Source: an uncultured bacterium (lineage in GTDB: Bacteria > RBG-13-61-14 > CAYWKU01). Taken from it: a DNA stretch of 64,000 nucleotides. The stretch spans positions 83,422 to 147,421 of the forward strand of contig CAYWKU010000007.1 of the NCBI GenBank assembly GCA_964459325.1, read 5' to 3'. The position numbers were made by a program, and so were the translations under genes. The notes under the pieces are model-generated. The model was given only the letters and a program-made list of their open reading frames with translations. It was not told the origin of the DNA and ran no database searches. The stretch's first letter is position 1; each line of letters opens with the position of its first letter. This document shows positions 9,124-18,838 of the stretch, piece by piece.

Positions 9124-10410
9124 ATGGAGTTGGAAAAAGCCATAGAGTTTCCTAAGGATTTCCTCTGGGGCGCCGCCGCCTGCGCTCACCAGGTGGAAGG
9201 CGACAACTTTTACAACGACTGGTGGGAATGGGAGCAGCAACCCGACAGCATCAAAAACGGCGACCGCTCCGGCAAGGCCTGCAACCACTACGAGCTGTTT
9301 GAAACCGACTTCCGCCTGCTCAAAGAAATGGGCGCCAACGCCCACCGGCTGGGCATCGAATGGAGCCGCATCTACCCTGAAGTGGACCGTCTCGACCCCA
9401 AAGCCGTCGACCATTACAAGAAGGTGCTCGAGACAGCGCGGGAAGCGGGCCTGGAGGTATTCGCCACCGCTCACCACTTCACAAGCCCCGCCTGGTTCGC
9501 GAAAAAGAACGGTTTCCTCGTCGAAAAAAACCTCGATTACTTCAAAAGGTACATCGAGCTTATCGCGAAGGAGCTGTCGCCTTACGTCACATACTGGAAC
9601 ACCATCAACGAGCCGGCGGTCTACGCCGTAATGGGCTGGATGGCGGGCGAATTCCCGCCCGGCCACCAGGACGTGGGCGACGCGGTGGACGTGCTCCGAA
9701 ACATCATACTCGCTCACGCAGCCGCATACCAGGGCCTCAAGGAATACTCCCCCAACGACGTAAAGGTGGGCATCGTCAAAAACATACCCCATTTCATACC
9801 CATGGACCCCGACGACCGGATGGACGTGGAAATGGCCGCCAGCCAGGACAAGTTCTTCAACGAATACCACCTGCACGGCATCGAGACCGGCGTGCTGCAA
9901 CTGGGCAAGGAAGAGGAGTTCCCCGAGCTGAAAGGCTCCACCGACTTCTTCGGACTGAACTACTACATGAAAATGATATGCGACAACGACCGCCCCATGG
10001 GCCCGATGACCGCACTGCCCGACGATAAAAAGACCCAGATGGGATGGGCGGTGCACCCGGACGGACTTTACGAGAGCATCATGAGGCTCAAAAAATACGG
10101 CCTGCCCATCTACATCACCGAAAACGGCATCGCCACCGACGACGACGCTTGGAGGGTCGAGTACATTACGCAGCATTTGCAGAAAACAAGGCAGGCCATG
10201 GACGACGGCGCGGACGTGAGGGGCTACTTCTACTGGTCGAACCTGGACAATTTCGAGTGGGCACAAGGATGGGAGCCGCGCTTCGGGCTTATCTCCTTCG
10301 ACCCCGAAACCTTCGAGCGCAAAATCAAGCCTTCCGGCCAATTCTACGGCGAATGCGCTCAAGCGGGCGCGGTAACGCCGGAACTGGTGGAAAAGTACTC
10401 CGAGGGTTAA
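9124..10410 (+). CDS. Glycoside hydrolase family 1 beta-glucosidase
   Basis: GH1 N-terminal signature FLWGAAACAHQVEGD, acid/base NEP motif (TYWNTINEP), nucleophile ITENG motif; 428 aa. Confidence 0.9.
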   Translation: MELEKAIEFPKDFLWGAAACAHQVEGDNFYNDWWEWEQQPDSIKNGDRSGKACNHYELFETDFRLLKEMGANAHRLGIEWSRIYPEVDRLDPKAVDHYKKVLETAREAGLEVFATAHHFTSPAWFAKKNGFLVEKNLDYFKRYIELIAKELSPYVTYWNTINEPAVYAVMGWMAGEFPPGHQDVGDAVDVLRNIILAHAAAYQGLKEYSPNDVKVGIVKNIPHFIPMDPDDRMDVEMAASQDKFFNEYHLHGIETGVLQLGKEEEFPELKGSTDFFGLNYYMKMICDNDRPMGPMTALPDDKKTQMGWAVHPDGLYESIMRLKKYGLPIYITENGIATDDDAWRVEYITQHLQKTRQAMDDGADVRGYFYWSNLDNFEWAQGWEPRFGLISFDPETFERKIKPSGQFYGECAQAGAVTPELVEKYSEG

Positions 10411-10536
10411 GAAAAAAGCCCGGACAAGCCGGTCATCGGTCATTTCTCCCTCCGGATAGTATCTGCGAGTCAGGACATTATCCATTTAACCGTAACAGAT
10501 TACAACAGTATACCTCGCCCTGCTCGAAAGATACCG

Positions 10537-10862
10537 GGTACCCCACCTTGCACGCAGTGCGAGGTGGGTAGCGAAGCTACAGGGAAATGTGGTATGAAGG
10601 ATTGCGGATTATCAATCGAGCAGTCTGCTATTTAATGAAGAGGGGAAAGGCGCCGGGGTATCGGTTTCGAAGCCGTCAATATTCCCTGCCCGTCCGGGCC
10701 CACCTGGAACCTTCGGGTCAAGGTGGGGTACCCGGTATCCCCGGGTTAAAACCCGGGGCTTAAAGATAAATGTGAAACTCCCCGGCTTAAAAGCCGGGGT
10801 TTCCGAGGGGTGAGCAAAATTGATAGCCCACACAACTTGCTTGTGTGGGTGAGCGAAGCTCA
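10537..10862. repeat. Cluster of stable stem-loops in a convergent intergenic spacer, including two copies of a hairpin-plus-GCGAAGC mini-hairpin unit and three GC-stem/TTAAAA-loop hairpins
   Basis: Unit 1 at 10537-10580 (ccaccttgcacgcagtgcgaggtgg + gtagcGAAgctac); unit 2 at 10827-10862 (cccacacaaCTTGCttgtgtggg + tgagcGAAgctca); between them ccccgggTTAAAAcccgggg and ccccggcTTAAAAgccgggg. Confidence 0.6.
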
Positions 10863-11040
10863 CGGGAGACAATTCCCTCCTGCGCCTTCGGCGCCGGGCT
10901 TACGCTTACGCTTTAAGCCCGGCTACCCGCTATCGAGCACACCATAATGTGTTCAAGCCATGACAAATTTTATACTTTGCGCCTTTGCGTGATGCTTCAA
11001 ATGACTTGGGTTGGGGTTGCATTTTGCTACGGTTTGGGGG

Positions 11041-11139
11041 TGTAGAATTCGAGGGTCGATTTTCTACAACATTTTCTACAGAATTGTAGAATATTCTACA
11101 ACGTTGTAGGATATTCTACAGGTGACAATTTTCGTCACC
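11041..11139. promoter_or_regulatory. Array of TTCTACA-containing palindromes (operator- or iteron-like), including an 18-bp perfect palindrome
   Basis: At least seven TTCTACA/TGTAGAA half-sites within ~80 bp; perfect palindrome TTGTAGAATATTCTACAA (11084-11101), near-palindrome TTGTAGGATATTCTACAG (11104-11121), inverted repeat GGTGACaattttcGTCACC (11121-11139). A related GGAATATTCTACAG copy lies at 9026-9039 upstream of the GH1 gene. Confidence 0.5.
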
Positions 11140-11193
11140 CGAAGCGTCGAACACCGGCGTGTATTCCACGAGCAGGGGATGAAAAAGAGGGGC

Positions 11194-12210
11194 TCAGACG
11201 GTCACCCTGCCCGCCTTTTCGGCCCGGTACCATTCTATAAGTGAAGGCAGGCCCTCCTTGATAGTCGGGTACCTCAACGGACCCGGCATGCGCGATTTCA
11301 TCCGCACGTTGGAGTAGACCAGGTCGGAGTGGGCGATGTCCAGCATCCCCCCTATGCCGAAGGGGAATCCCAGAAGGTCGCTGACCGCGTCCACCGGCAC
11401 AGCCAGCGTTTTCAAGAGAAACCGGGGCATGGAGCGGATTTTGAGCACTATCCCCAACTGCTGCGCGATGCGCTCCAGAAAATTCTTCACCGTTATCCGG
11501 TTGTCGTCCACCGCGTGGATTACCTTGGCGTGAGCCTTGGGGTCGTAACCGGCGCAAACCAGCAGGCGCGCCAGGTCTTCTGCGTGAACCAGCGGTATGA
11601 TTTTATCTCCCTTGCCCACGAACGGAAGGCCCAGCTTGCCGTACTTGTCCATGAAATCTATCAAGCCCTTGAGGTGGACGCTGTGAGGGCCGTATACCAG
11701 CGCGGGGCGGATGATGGCGTAGTCCAGGCCGTCTTCCAGGTGAGCCGCCCGCATTATCTGCTCGGACTTGTACTTGTAGGTGGTGTAGAGGTCGTGGAGC
11801 TTTTTAGACGGTGGAGTTTCTTCGGTGGCGGGGAATTCCGAAGGTATACCCGCCACGGATATGCTGGAGAGCAGCACCAGGCGCTTTCTGTGTTGATGCA
11901 ATGCCCTTCCGACCAGTCGCCGCACCAGCTCCATGTTGTGTTTAATGGCCCACTTGGTAGTGTTGGGCAACTCTCCCGCGTGGTAGATGACATCCACGCC
12001 GGCACAGGCTTCCTCCACCCTGACCAGGTCCCGAAGGTCGCCGTGAAATATTTCGACGCCCCGCTTTTTCCACGCGGCGGCCTTTTCGGGAGTGCGCACG
12101 AAAGCCCTTACCGGCACTTCGGCCCTGATAAGCTGCTCCACCAGGTGGGAGCCGATGAAACCGGTGGCGCCGGTTACGAGTACGGGATTTTTCTGCTGCT
12201 CGGATTCCAT
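11194..12210 (-). CDS. NAD(P)-dependent epimerase/dehydratase family protein (SDR superfamily)
   Basis: N-terminal Rossmann motif VLVTGATGFIGSHLVEQL; 338 aa typical of extended SDRs. Confidence 0.8.
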   Translation of the reverse strand: MESEQQKNPVLVTGATGFIGSHLVEQLIRAEVPVRAFVRTPEKAAAWKKRGVEIFHGDLRDLVRVEEACAGVDVIYHAGELPNTTKWAIKHNMELVRRLVGRALHQHRKRLVLLSSISVAGIPSEFPATEETPPSKKLHDLYTTYKYKSEQIMRAAHLEDGLDYAIIRPALVYGPHSVHLKGLIDFMDKYGKLGLPFVGKGDKIIPLVHAEDLARLLVCAGYDPKAHAKVIHAVDDNRITVKNFLERIAQQLGIVLKIRSMPRFLLKTLAVPVDAVSDLLGFPFGIGGMLDIAHSDLVYSNVRMKSRMPGPLRYPTIKEGLPSLIEWYRAEKAGRVTV

Positions 12211-12354
12211 TAGGGTCTATATTTAACCCGAAAGAAGCTCAAAAGGCAAGCGGGCGTGCCGCAAGTCGAGAAAAACACAAGAAAATCGGCAATTTATCGG
12301 GCAGGCGAAATGACCTTTGTTCGCTTTATACGGCCTTGCGCAATCAAGGCGGCG

Positions 12355-12669
12355 CTAATCGGAGGATTTTTCTCCGGCGGATTTTTTCTCCGCAGGCTTC
12401 GACGTATCCTTGGCCGCCTTGTCGGAGCTTGACTCGGCGGAAGTCGAGGCTTCGCTTTCGGAATTTTTGTCTGCGGCGCCGTTTCCGCCGTTTTTTCGCG
12501 CGTAGTCGGTGGCGTACCACCCGCTGCCCTTGAGGTGGAAATTATTTAGCGAAATCAATCGCTTAACCTTGCAGCGGCAGTTGGGGCACCGCTTCAGCGG
12601 GTCGTCGCTTATCTTTTGCATGACCTCCACCACGCCGCACCTGGGGCAGTCATATTCGTAAATCGGCAT
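12355..12669 (-). CDS. FmdB-family zinc-ribbon protein with a low-complexity Ser/Ala/Lys-rich tail
   Basis: [12 protein letters not shown]...CPNCRC arrangement (two CxxC pairs) at the N-terminus; C-terminal low-complexity tail. Confidence 0.75.
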   Translation of the reverse strand: MPIYEYDCPRCGVVEVMQKISDDPLKRCPNCRCKVKRLISLNNFHLKGSGWYATDYARKNGGNGAADKNSESEASTSAESSSDKAAKDTSKPAEKKSAGEKSSD

Positions 12670-12821
12670 CTTTACATCGCCTCCACAATTTTTGATGAAA
12701 AAACACGTACCTGAGGCTCAGTCATTAAGTAATATAATCTCCCGAACCGCCCCCGTCAAGAGAGGTGTTAGCACTCAAGGGAAATGAGTGCTAAGAACAG
12801 AAAGGGTTGATAAGCGCCGAT

Positions 12822-13937
12822 TCAGTTAGACCGGAAATACACCGGAATTGCCGCCAGTCCGAAGATTACCGGCGCCGCCCATGCGGCTATCCACGGCGTG
12901 TCGATGGCTCCCCCCCGCCCCAGGCTCAGCGTCCAGGCATGCAGTTCATAATAGGTGAGGCAAATTACAAGGGCCAGGACGATACCGCCGGCCACGCCGA
13001 CGCCCCTGCCGCTTCGCAAGCCCAGCGGTATAACCAGAACGAGCAGTATGAAGCCGCTGAGGGGGTAGCTGGTTTTGGCCCACAAATCCACCCGGAAGGG
13101 CGCCATGTCGCTGCCGGTGGCTTCCAGTTTCCCGATGTAGGCCAGCAGGTCGAACACCCCCATCTTATCGGGTTCCTTGTCCATGATTTCAAAGTTTTCG
13201 GGAGTTTCGGGGATGGCGATGACTTCGTTTTCCCCGTGCCGGGTGGTCATTTCGCTCCCTTCCGGGAATGAGCGGACGAGTAATCGCGAGGCCACCCATT
13301 TGTCGCCTTTCCATCTCACATCCTCGGCTTCCATGCGGCGGTTTACGCGGAAACCTTCTCCCGTTTCGTATAAGATAAGCCCTTCCATCCGTTGCTCGTT
13401 GATGACGTATTTCTTGACCCGGTAAATTCCGTTCGCTCCGCGATACCATCCGGCGGTGACGTTCAAAAAGGACTCGGTCGGCTCCTCGCCTTTAATGGCG
13501 GCTTTCTGCAATAGTTTGTACCGCTTAATCTTATCCCGTACAACTTCCTGTTGAGTGTTGCTGGCGGGGAGGAGTTGTTCCCCCATGATGAAAAGCAGGG
13601 CAGCTATCAGCAGGGAAAACAGAAAGACGGGCCGGAAAATCGCCCTGACCGGAAAACCCGCAGCCCGGACGGCAATCAGCTCCCTGCGGCGGTTCATTAT
13701 CCCCAGAGTTATCAGAGCCGCCAGCGGCAGGGTAAGCGGCATGATGTCGTACAAAATCCGGGGCAGCTTGTAAACCAGGTAAAGCAGCATCAGCTCGATG
13801 GGCGCGCCGCCTTCTCCCACGTAGCGCTGCACCCTGTCCAGGAAATCCACCATGAGAAATATGGCGGTAACGCCGACTATGCAGGCGGCGAATATACCCA
13901 GAAATTCGCGCAGCACCAGTCTTCGGAGGATTCTCAT
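12822..13937 (-). CDS. lptG: LPS export ABC transporter permease, LptG-like (YjgP/YjgQ family)
   Basis: YjgP/YjgQ-type topology and sequence (LREFLGIFAACIVGVTAIFLMVDFLDR); overlaps the upstream paralogue by 4 nt; second gene of an lptFG-like pair. Confidence 0.7.
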   Translation of the reverse strand: MRILRRLVLREFLGIFAACIVGVTAIFLMVDFLDRVQRYVGEGGAPIELMLLYLVYKLPRILYDIMPLTLPLAALITLGIMNRRRELIAVRAAGFPVRAIFRPVFLFSLLIAALLFIMGEQLLPASNTQQEVVRDKIKRYKLLQKAAIKGEEPTESFLNVTAGWYRGANGIYRVKKYVINEQRMEGLILYETGEGFRVNRRMEAEDVRWKGDKWVASRLLVRSFPEGSEMTTRHGENEVIAIPETPENFEIMDKEPDKMGVFDLLAYIGKLEATGSDMAPFRVDLWAKTSYPLSGFILLVLVIPLGLRSGRGVGVAGGIVLALVICLTYYELHAWTLSLGRGGAIDTPWIAAWAAPVIFGLAAIPVYFRSN

Positions 13938-15196
13938 GAGGGCTTATCTCCGCCGAATCTGCCCGCCACCCGGCCGGCGAACTCCGACATTCGCTCCAGC
14001 GCGGATGAAAGGGGTATGGGCCTGTCTCGTGAGACGCGGTACATGAACCACGAGCCGGTAATAACCACTATTGCGTCGGGGGCCCACATGGCAACGGCGG
14101 GCGATACGTACCCTCGTGCCGCTGCCATTCTGCCCCCGTTTATGAGGGCGTAATAAACGAGCGTAAGCCCGATGCTGGTGACTACGCCCTGGTTGCGGGA
14201 ACTGCGGGGGGGGCCGATTCCCAGCGGTATTCCCCACAGCGCCAGTATCAGGCACGCGAAGGGCAGGCTCAGGTTCTGATGCCGGGCGATACCTATCTGC
14301 CGCAGCGCCACCCGGTAACGCTGCATGGCCATTTGCGCCGATTCGTGGCCCGGGGCTGACGACTCATCCAGTTCCTTCAGTTTCTCCCTGATTTGCGTCT
14401 CCCGCTTTTTCAACTCCTTCATTCCCATCAGGTTGAACTGCGAGCCTCGCTCGAGGTCGTCTTCTTCGGATTCGTAAAGTTCCAGTTTCAGGTCGAAATC
14501 ATCGAAGGTGATGTAACGGAAGATGTCGGTATCCCTTTCGGCCAGATGTATCCTTCCGTTTCTGAGGTGAAGGTAGTTAACCATGTCTTGAGTATGGGAG
14601 GTGATTTCGCCTTCTTCCGCGAAAATCAATATATTCTCCGGGCCGCTTTCATCGCCCCCCCCGGAGCGGGATACCATTATACCCTTCAGTGTGCCGTCGC
14701 TTATCTCGTCCACGTAGATGGTAGTCCCCGAGCCTGCGTAAATAAAGCTTTTGGCGCTCACCAGCGACCGGGCGCTGCTCTGCAAAAGCTCGGCCTTTAT
14801 CCTTTCGGTCAATTGAGTGGAATGGGGTATGAGGTACAGGTTGAGGAAAGCGGTGGCCGCCGTGCAAAGGGCTCCCAGAAATATAACGGGTGGCAAAAGG
14901 CGGGAGATGCCGATGCCCGAAGCTTTCAGCGCCGTAATTTCGCCGTCGGCGCTCATGCGGTTGACCGCCAGCAGCGTTGCCAGTAACAATGCCGCCGGGG
15001 TAACAAGGGTGAAAAAGAAGGGGAGCAACAGCGCCATGAGCTTCATCACGTACTCCAGCGGCGCCCCTCGATTGACAATCCAGTCGGTAATTTTTATCAT
15101 GCGTTGAATCAGCATGATGATAATCATCGCCAGCATCGTCAGACCAAAGGGAACTGCGACTTCTTTCAGGACATATCTTTCAACAAGCAGCTTCAT
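13934..15196 (-). CDS. lptF: LPS export ABC transporter permease, LptF-like (YjgP/YjgQ family)
   Basis: N-terminus MKLLVERYVLKEVAVPFGLTMLAMIIIMLIQRM typical of LptF/LptG permeases; first gene of the pair. Confidence 0.7.
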   Translation of the reverse strand: MKLLVERYVLKEVAVPFGLTMLAMIIIMLIQRMIKITDWIVNRGAPLEYVMKLMALLLPFFFTLVTPAALLLATLLAVNRMSADGEITALKASGIGISRLLPPVIFLGALCTAATAFLNLYLIPHSTQLTERIKAELLQSSARSLVSAKSFIYAGSGTTIYVDEISDGTLKGIMVSRSGGGDESGPENILIFAEEGEITSHTQDMVNYLHLRNGRIHLAERDTDIFRYITFDDFDLKLELYESEEDDLERGSQFNLMGMKELKKRETQIREKLKELDESSAPGHESAQMAMQRYRVALRQIGIARHQNLSLPFACLILALWGIPLGIGPPRSSRNQGVVTSIGLTLVYYALINGGRMAAARGYVSPAVAMWAPDAIVVITGSWFMYRVSRDRPIPLSSALERMSEFAGRVAGRFGGDKPS

Positions 15197-15274
15197 TGCA
15201 CCCGCTCTGTCGGCCCGGCCGGCATTTTTTATATCATAAAAAGAATCCCTTTAACTACTTCGGGAAAAGGAATT

Positions 15275-16261
15275 ATGAAAATATTTCGTGGAGATGATGT
15301 TACACCCGGCGGCCCGGCACAACAAGCCTTAAAGGGCGGCTCGGTGGTGAGCATAGGGAACTTCGACGGAGTTCACCTCGGCCACCGGGAAATACTGGAC
15401 CGTGTTCACGAAAAAGCGGGACAAATGGGGCTGCCTTCCGTGGTCATGACTTTCGACCCTCACCCCCGGAAAGTTCTCTCCAGCCCGGAAAGCCTCAGGC
15501 TTATCACCGATGTCCGGGTAAAGTGCGCCATTTTCGAGCTGCTCGAGGTCGACGTGATGGCGATTATCAACTTTACCCGCGAGTTCGCTTCCGAAAGCGC
15601 CGAACAGTTTATCGACAAGTGGCTGATGATGCTCAGCCCGCGCCAGGTTATAGTGGGCTATGATTTCAACTTCGGACGGGGCGGCGCCGGAAGCATTGAT
15701 ATGCTGGAGACCGAGGGAGCCAGGCGCGGGTTCGATGTGGAGGTGGCGCCGGCCTTGCGGGCCGACGGGATGGTGGTAAGCTCCAGCCGCATCCGCAACC
15801 TGGTGGAAGGCGGAGAAGTGGCGCTGGCGGAAAAACTGCTGGGCAGACCCTACTCGGTATTCGGCCCCGTGATTAAGGGACACGGAAGGGGTAAAAGGCT
15901 GGGAATACCCACCGCGAACATCGGCGCCGAAGCCGAGTTGTTGCCGTGCGACGGAGTGTACGCGGGCGAGGTGGTTATCGAGGATGACCCGCTGCCGGCA
16001 ATGGTCAACGTGGGCGCCAACCCGACATTCGACGACATGCATCAAAGCGTTGAGGCATGCATACTGGATTTCGATAAGGACATTTACGGTAAGGAGCTTG
16101 AGCTGAGGTTCCGGCAGAGGGTGCGGTCGGAGATAAAATTTCCGGGGCCGGACGAGTTGGTCGCACAGATAGAGAAGGACAAGAAGTCCATTAGGAAGTT
16201 TTTTGAATATTACGGCGCCAGCTCGACTCCGAACCTTGCCAAGAGATGCCCGCCGGATTAA
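15275..16261 (+). CDS. ribF: Bifunctional riboflavin kinase / FAD synthetase
   Basis: ATG at 15275 (the ORF-track extension back to 15104 overlaps the divergent lptF promoter region); N-terminal nucleotidyltransferase motif SIGNFDGVHLGHREIL and C-terminal riboflavin kinase domain (GHGRGKRLGIPTANI). Confidence 0.85.
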   Translation: MKIFRGDDVTPGGPAQQALKGGSVVSIGNFDGVHLGHREILDRVHEKAGQMGLPSVVMTFDPHPRKVLSSPESLRLITDVRVKCAIFELLEVDVMAIINFTREFASESAEQFIDKWLMMLSPRQVIVGYDFNFGRGGAGSIDMLETEGARRGFDVEVAPALRADGMVVSSSRIRNLVEGGEVALAEKLLGRPYSVFGPVIKGHGRGKRLGIPTANIGAEAELLPCDGVYAGEVVIEDDPLPAMVNVGANPTFDDMHQSVEACILDFDKDIYGKELELRFRQRVRSEIKFPGPDELVAQIEKDKKSIRKFFEYYGASSTPNLAKRCPPD

Positions 16262-16441
16262 CCGCTTTTCCCGGGTGACCCGTCCGTCCGGACGGGTTGC
16301 GCAAACAACAGGAAATCCCGGGCGGCGCCGATAAATTTTTTATCGGTGCGGGCAGGCCATGCTGAAGGCACTGATAGTCGAGCTATCAGTGCGAGGCCAC
16401 CCGCCTCCCCCGCACTTGCGCGAACGAATGTGCACGTGGAG

Positions 16442-17869
16442 TTACTTCGTGCGTTGCGTGAGCGCAGAGGAAGGTGCAGGAACGAAGTTCCTGCCACCCA
16501 CGGTTATTTCGGGGATGCGAAGGGTAGGTTGAGCGTCGGCCACCGGGGCGCCCTGGCCGTCCTTGCCGCAGGTGCCTATGGCGTATCCGAGGTCTGTTCC
16601 CACCATGTCTATTTCCATGAGTATGCGGGGCCCGTTGCCCATGAGAGTGGCGTTCCTGACGGGCCGGCCGACTTGACCATTTTCGATGAGGTATCCTTCG
16701 GTAACCTCGAACACGAAATCGCCGTTGACTGTGTTGACCTGCCCGCCGCCCATTTTTTTCACAAAAAGCCCCTTATCGACGCTGCGAACTATTTCCTCCG
16801 GCGAGTTTTTTCCGGGCAGTATCATGGTGTTGGTCATCCTTACGATGGGGCGATGTCGGTAATCTTCGCGCCGCCCGTTGCCGGTGCTGTCGGCGCCCAT
16901 CTTTTTCGCTGAAATCCGCGACTGCATGTAGCCCTTCAACACTCCATCCTCGATGAGCACCGTTTTTTGAGCCGGCATCCCTTCGTCATCGTATCCGAAG
17001 GAGCCCCTTGCGCCGGGAATGGTGGCGTCATCCACCACCGTGATAAGCTCCGAGGCGAGTTTCTCCCCGATTCTGTCGCTGTACACGCTCAAGCCATCGC
17101 TCGCCAGGTCGCCTTCGAGTCCGTGCCCGACGGCTTCGTGTATCATTGTGCCGCCTGCCTCGCTGGAGAGCACCACCGGCATCCGCCCGGCGGGAGCGGG
17201 CGGGGAATCCAGCATGAGTATGGCTCTTCGGGCGGCGATTTCGGCGATAGTTTCCGGCGGGTATTCGTCGAAAATCTCCATACCCCGGGCGCCGCCGACC
17301 GGCTCGTAACCGGTCTGCACCACATCGCCGTCCGCGGCCACCACGTGCACCAGAAAGACCGTCTGGGTTCGGGTTTCCTCGACGAGTGAGCCGTCGCTGG
17401 TGGCTATCTGTATTTCCCTATGGCCGTCGCCGAAGTTGACCCTCACCTGCCGCACCCGCTCGTCGAGCTTGCGAGCTGTGTCGTTTGCTTTGACCGCAAG
17501 GGCCACTTTCTCCTCGATGCTTACCCCGGCGGGGTCGGTTTTTATTTCCCCCGGGGGGTTACCCTTGAGGGTTTTCAGCTTTTTCACCCCGGCATTGCCG
17601 CCTGATTCGAGGGCGGAAGAGAGGCTATCGGCAAGCTCCAGCAGCGAGGATTGGGTTATTTCGTTGGTGTATGCGTAAACGGTGCGCTCGCCCGACACCA
17701 GGCGAAGACCGGCTCCGGAGTCAATGCCCATCTGCGCCCGCTCTATCTTGTCGGCTTCGAGCTGAACGGCGGTCAGGGCGCTGGTTTCGATGAACAGGTC
17801 GGCGTAATCGCCGCCTTTTGAGAGGGTTGCCCTGAGTATCTTTTCGTGGTCGAGGCTGTAATCCTTCAC
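16442..17869 (-). CDS. tldD: TldD-family metallopeptidase
   Basis: HEAVGHGLEGD (HExxxH) motif that distinguishes TldD from PmbA; full-length similarity to TldD/PmbA family; 475 aa. Confidence 0.85.
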   Translation of the reverse strand: MKDYSLDHEKILRATLSKGGDYADLFIETSALTAVQLEADKIERAQMGIDSGAGLRLVSGERTVYAYTNEITQSSLLELADSLSSALESGGNAGVKKLKTLKGNPPGEIKTDPAGVSIEEKVALAVKANDTARKLDERVRQVRVNFGDGHREIQIATSDGSLVEETRTQTVFLVHVVAADGDVVQTGYEPVGGARGMEIFDEYPPETIAEIAARRAILMLDSPPAPAGRMPVVLSSEAGGTMIHEAVGHGLEGDLASDGLSVYSDRIGEKLASELITVVDDATIPGARGSFGYDDEGMPAQKTVLIEDGVLKGYMQSRISAKKMGADSTGNGRREDYRHRPIVRMTNTMILPGKNSPEEIVRSVDKGLFVKKMGGGQVNTVNGDFVFEVTEGYLIENGQVGRPVRNATLMGNGPRILMEIDMVGTDLGYAIGTCGKDGQGAPVADAQPTLRIPEITVGGRNFVPAPSSALTQRTK

Positions 17870-17999
17870 ATTCCACTCCTCTCGAACTGCACATTTGGAT
17901 AATTAAATTATTTTGCAGCGATGGTAAAAATAACGCAAATGTCAGCTAATAAAGAGGGGCTAAATGGGACTATATGCTTACTTAAAAAAGCCTCGAGAC

Positions 18000-18224
18000 T
18001 TATTTTTTCCATTCCTTTTGAGGAATTTCGGCGTTAACCAGGATGTTGCGCAATGTTCCGAGAGGAAGGTTGCGTCCCTTATGATACGGCACGATAACCT
18101 GTAACCCTGATTGAGAATGTCGCCACTTCCGATGACTTCCTTTTTGCGATATCATTTTAAAACCGTATTTTGACAGCAGAGATTCTACTTCTTTGGCCGT
18201 CATCCTTCTTATGCCGGAGCTCAT
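18000..18224 (-). CDS. hicA: Type II toxin-antitoxin system toxin, HicA family
   Basis: 74 aa; KGSHRKWRHSQSGLQVIVPYHKGRNLPLGTLRNIL matches the HicA fold signature; overlaps the upstream antitoxin gene by 4 nt. Confidence 0.8.
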   Translation of the reverse strand: MSSGIRRMTAKEVESLLSKYGFKMISQKGSHRKWRHSQSGLQVIVPYHKGRNLPLGTLRNILVNAEIPQKEWKK

Positions 18225-18445
18225 CCAATGACGACCTCACACGTAATCGCGTCATCACTTAACTCCAGGGGAGAAGGTTCCAGATATAATGCAATTGCTT
18301 CTTTTATATTTTCCAGAGCCTCCTCTTTGCTTTCTCCCGCCGAAATACATCCCGGCAATTCCGGGCACCATACCGCCCATTCCCCTGTTTCGCTATCCCG
18401 CTCCAATATAACTCGCCATTTCATTCTCCCATTCCTGCCTTTCAT
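18221..18445 (-). CDS. hicB: Type II toxin-antitoxin system antitoxin, HicB family (UPF0150)
   Basis: 74 aa; WAVWCPELPGCISAGESKEEALENIKEAIALYLE is characteristic of HicB/UPF0150; the real start may be the internal Met (MKWRVIL) at about 18424. Confidence 0.75.
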   Translation of the reverse strand: MKGRNGRMKWRVILERDSETGEWAVWCPELPGCISAGESKEEALENIKEAIALYLEPSPLELSDDAITCEVVIG

Positions 18446-18838
18446 AAGTTCTCTTTTTTATGGTAGCCTTTACCTCATTAATTTCAAATGCATCGGCGGA
18501 GCTGTGTCCGATATTCCCGGATAAGGAAGCGGACCGACTTCACACCTTGACCGCTCCCGGGGGTTTCATGAAATATGCTCATCACCAGGGAGGTGATGGC
18601 CGTTTTCGGGTTTTTTGCCCGCCATAAGCCGCCCTGCGGTCAAGATAGGTTACCCTTAACAAGGAATTTTGGAGAGCTGTGTGGTTTTGATTGTATGGCA
18701 ATATCATTGAGACCGGATATTCTTTCTTTATAGTGGGAGTGATATTCCTCGTTACCAAATACTGTTAAGAGGTTTCCACAGGTTATTGCCTTGTGCTATC
18801 TTTTTAATTAATAATTCCATCGAAAGGAGGGTTGATTG

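Noticed and set aside
9079-10485. 468-aa minus-strand ORF antisense to the GH1 beta-glucosidase
   Set aside because: The GH1 reading frame carries all family signatures; the antisense frame is a compositional artefact.
10612-10872. 86-aa minus-strand ORF inside the structured intergenic spacer
   Set aside because: It coincides with the hairpin repeats and has a Pro/Gly-rich low-complexity translation; the region is more likely structured non-coding DNA/RNA.
9026-11139. GH1 gene as a mobile cassette bounded by TTCTACA inverted repeats
   Set aside because: No transposase, integrase or target-site duplication is visible; kept as a regulatory-motif observation only.
10411-11193. tRNA, tmRNA, RNase P RNA or other known RNA gene in the large spacer
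   Set aside because: I could not find T-loop (GTTCGA), CCA-end, tag-peptide or RNase P conserved motifs by eye; it stays an unclassified structured region.
11329-12213. 294-aa plus-strand ORF overlapping the SDR epimerase gene
   Set aside because: The epimerase frame has the Rossmann motif and a sensible start; this frame does not.
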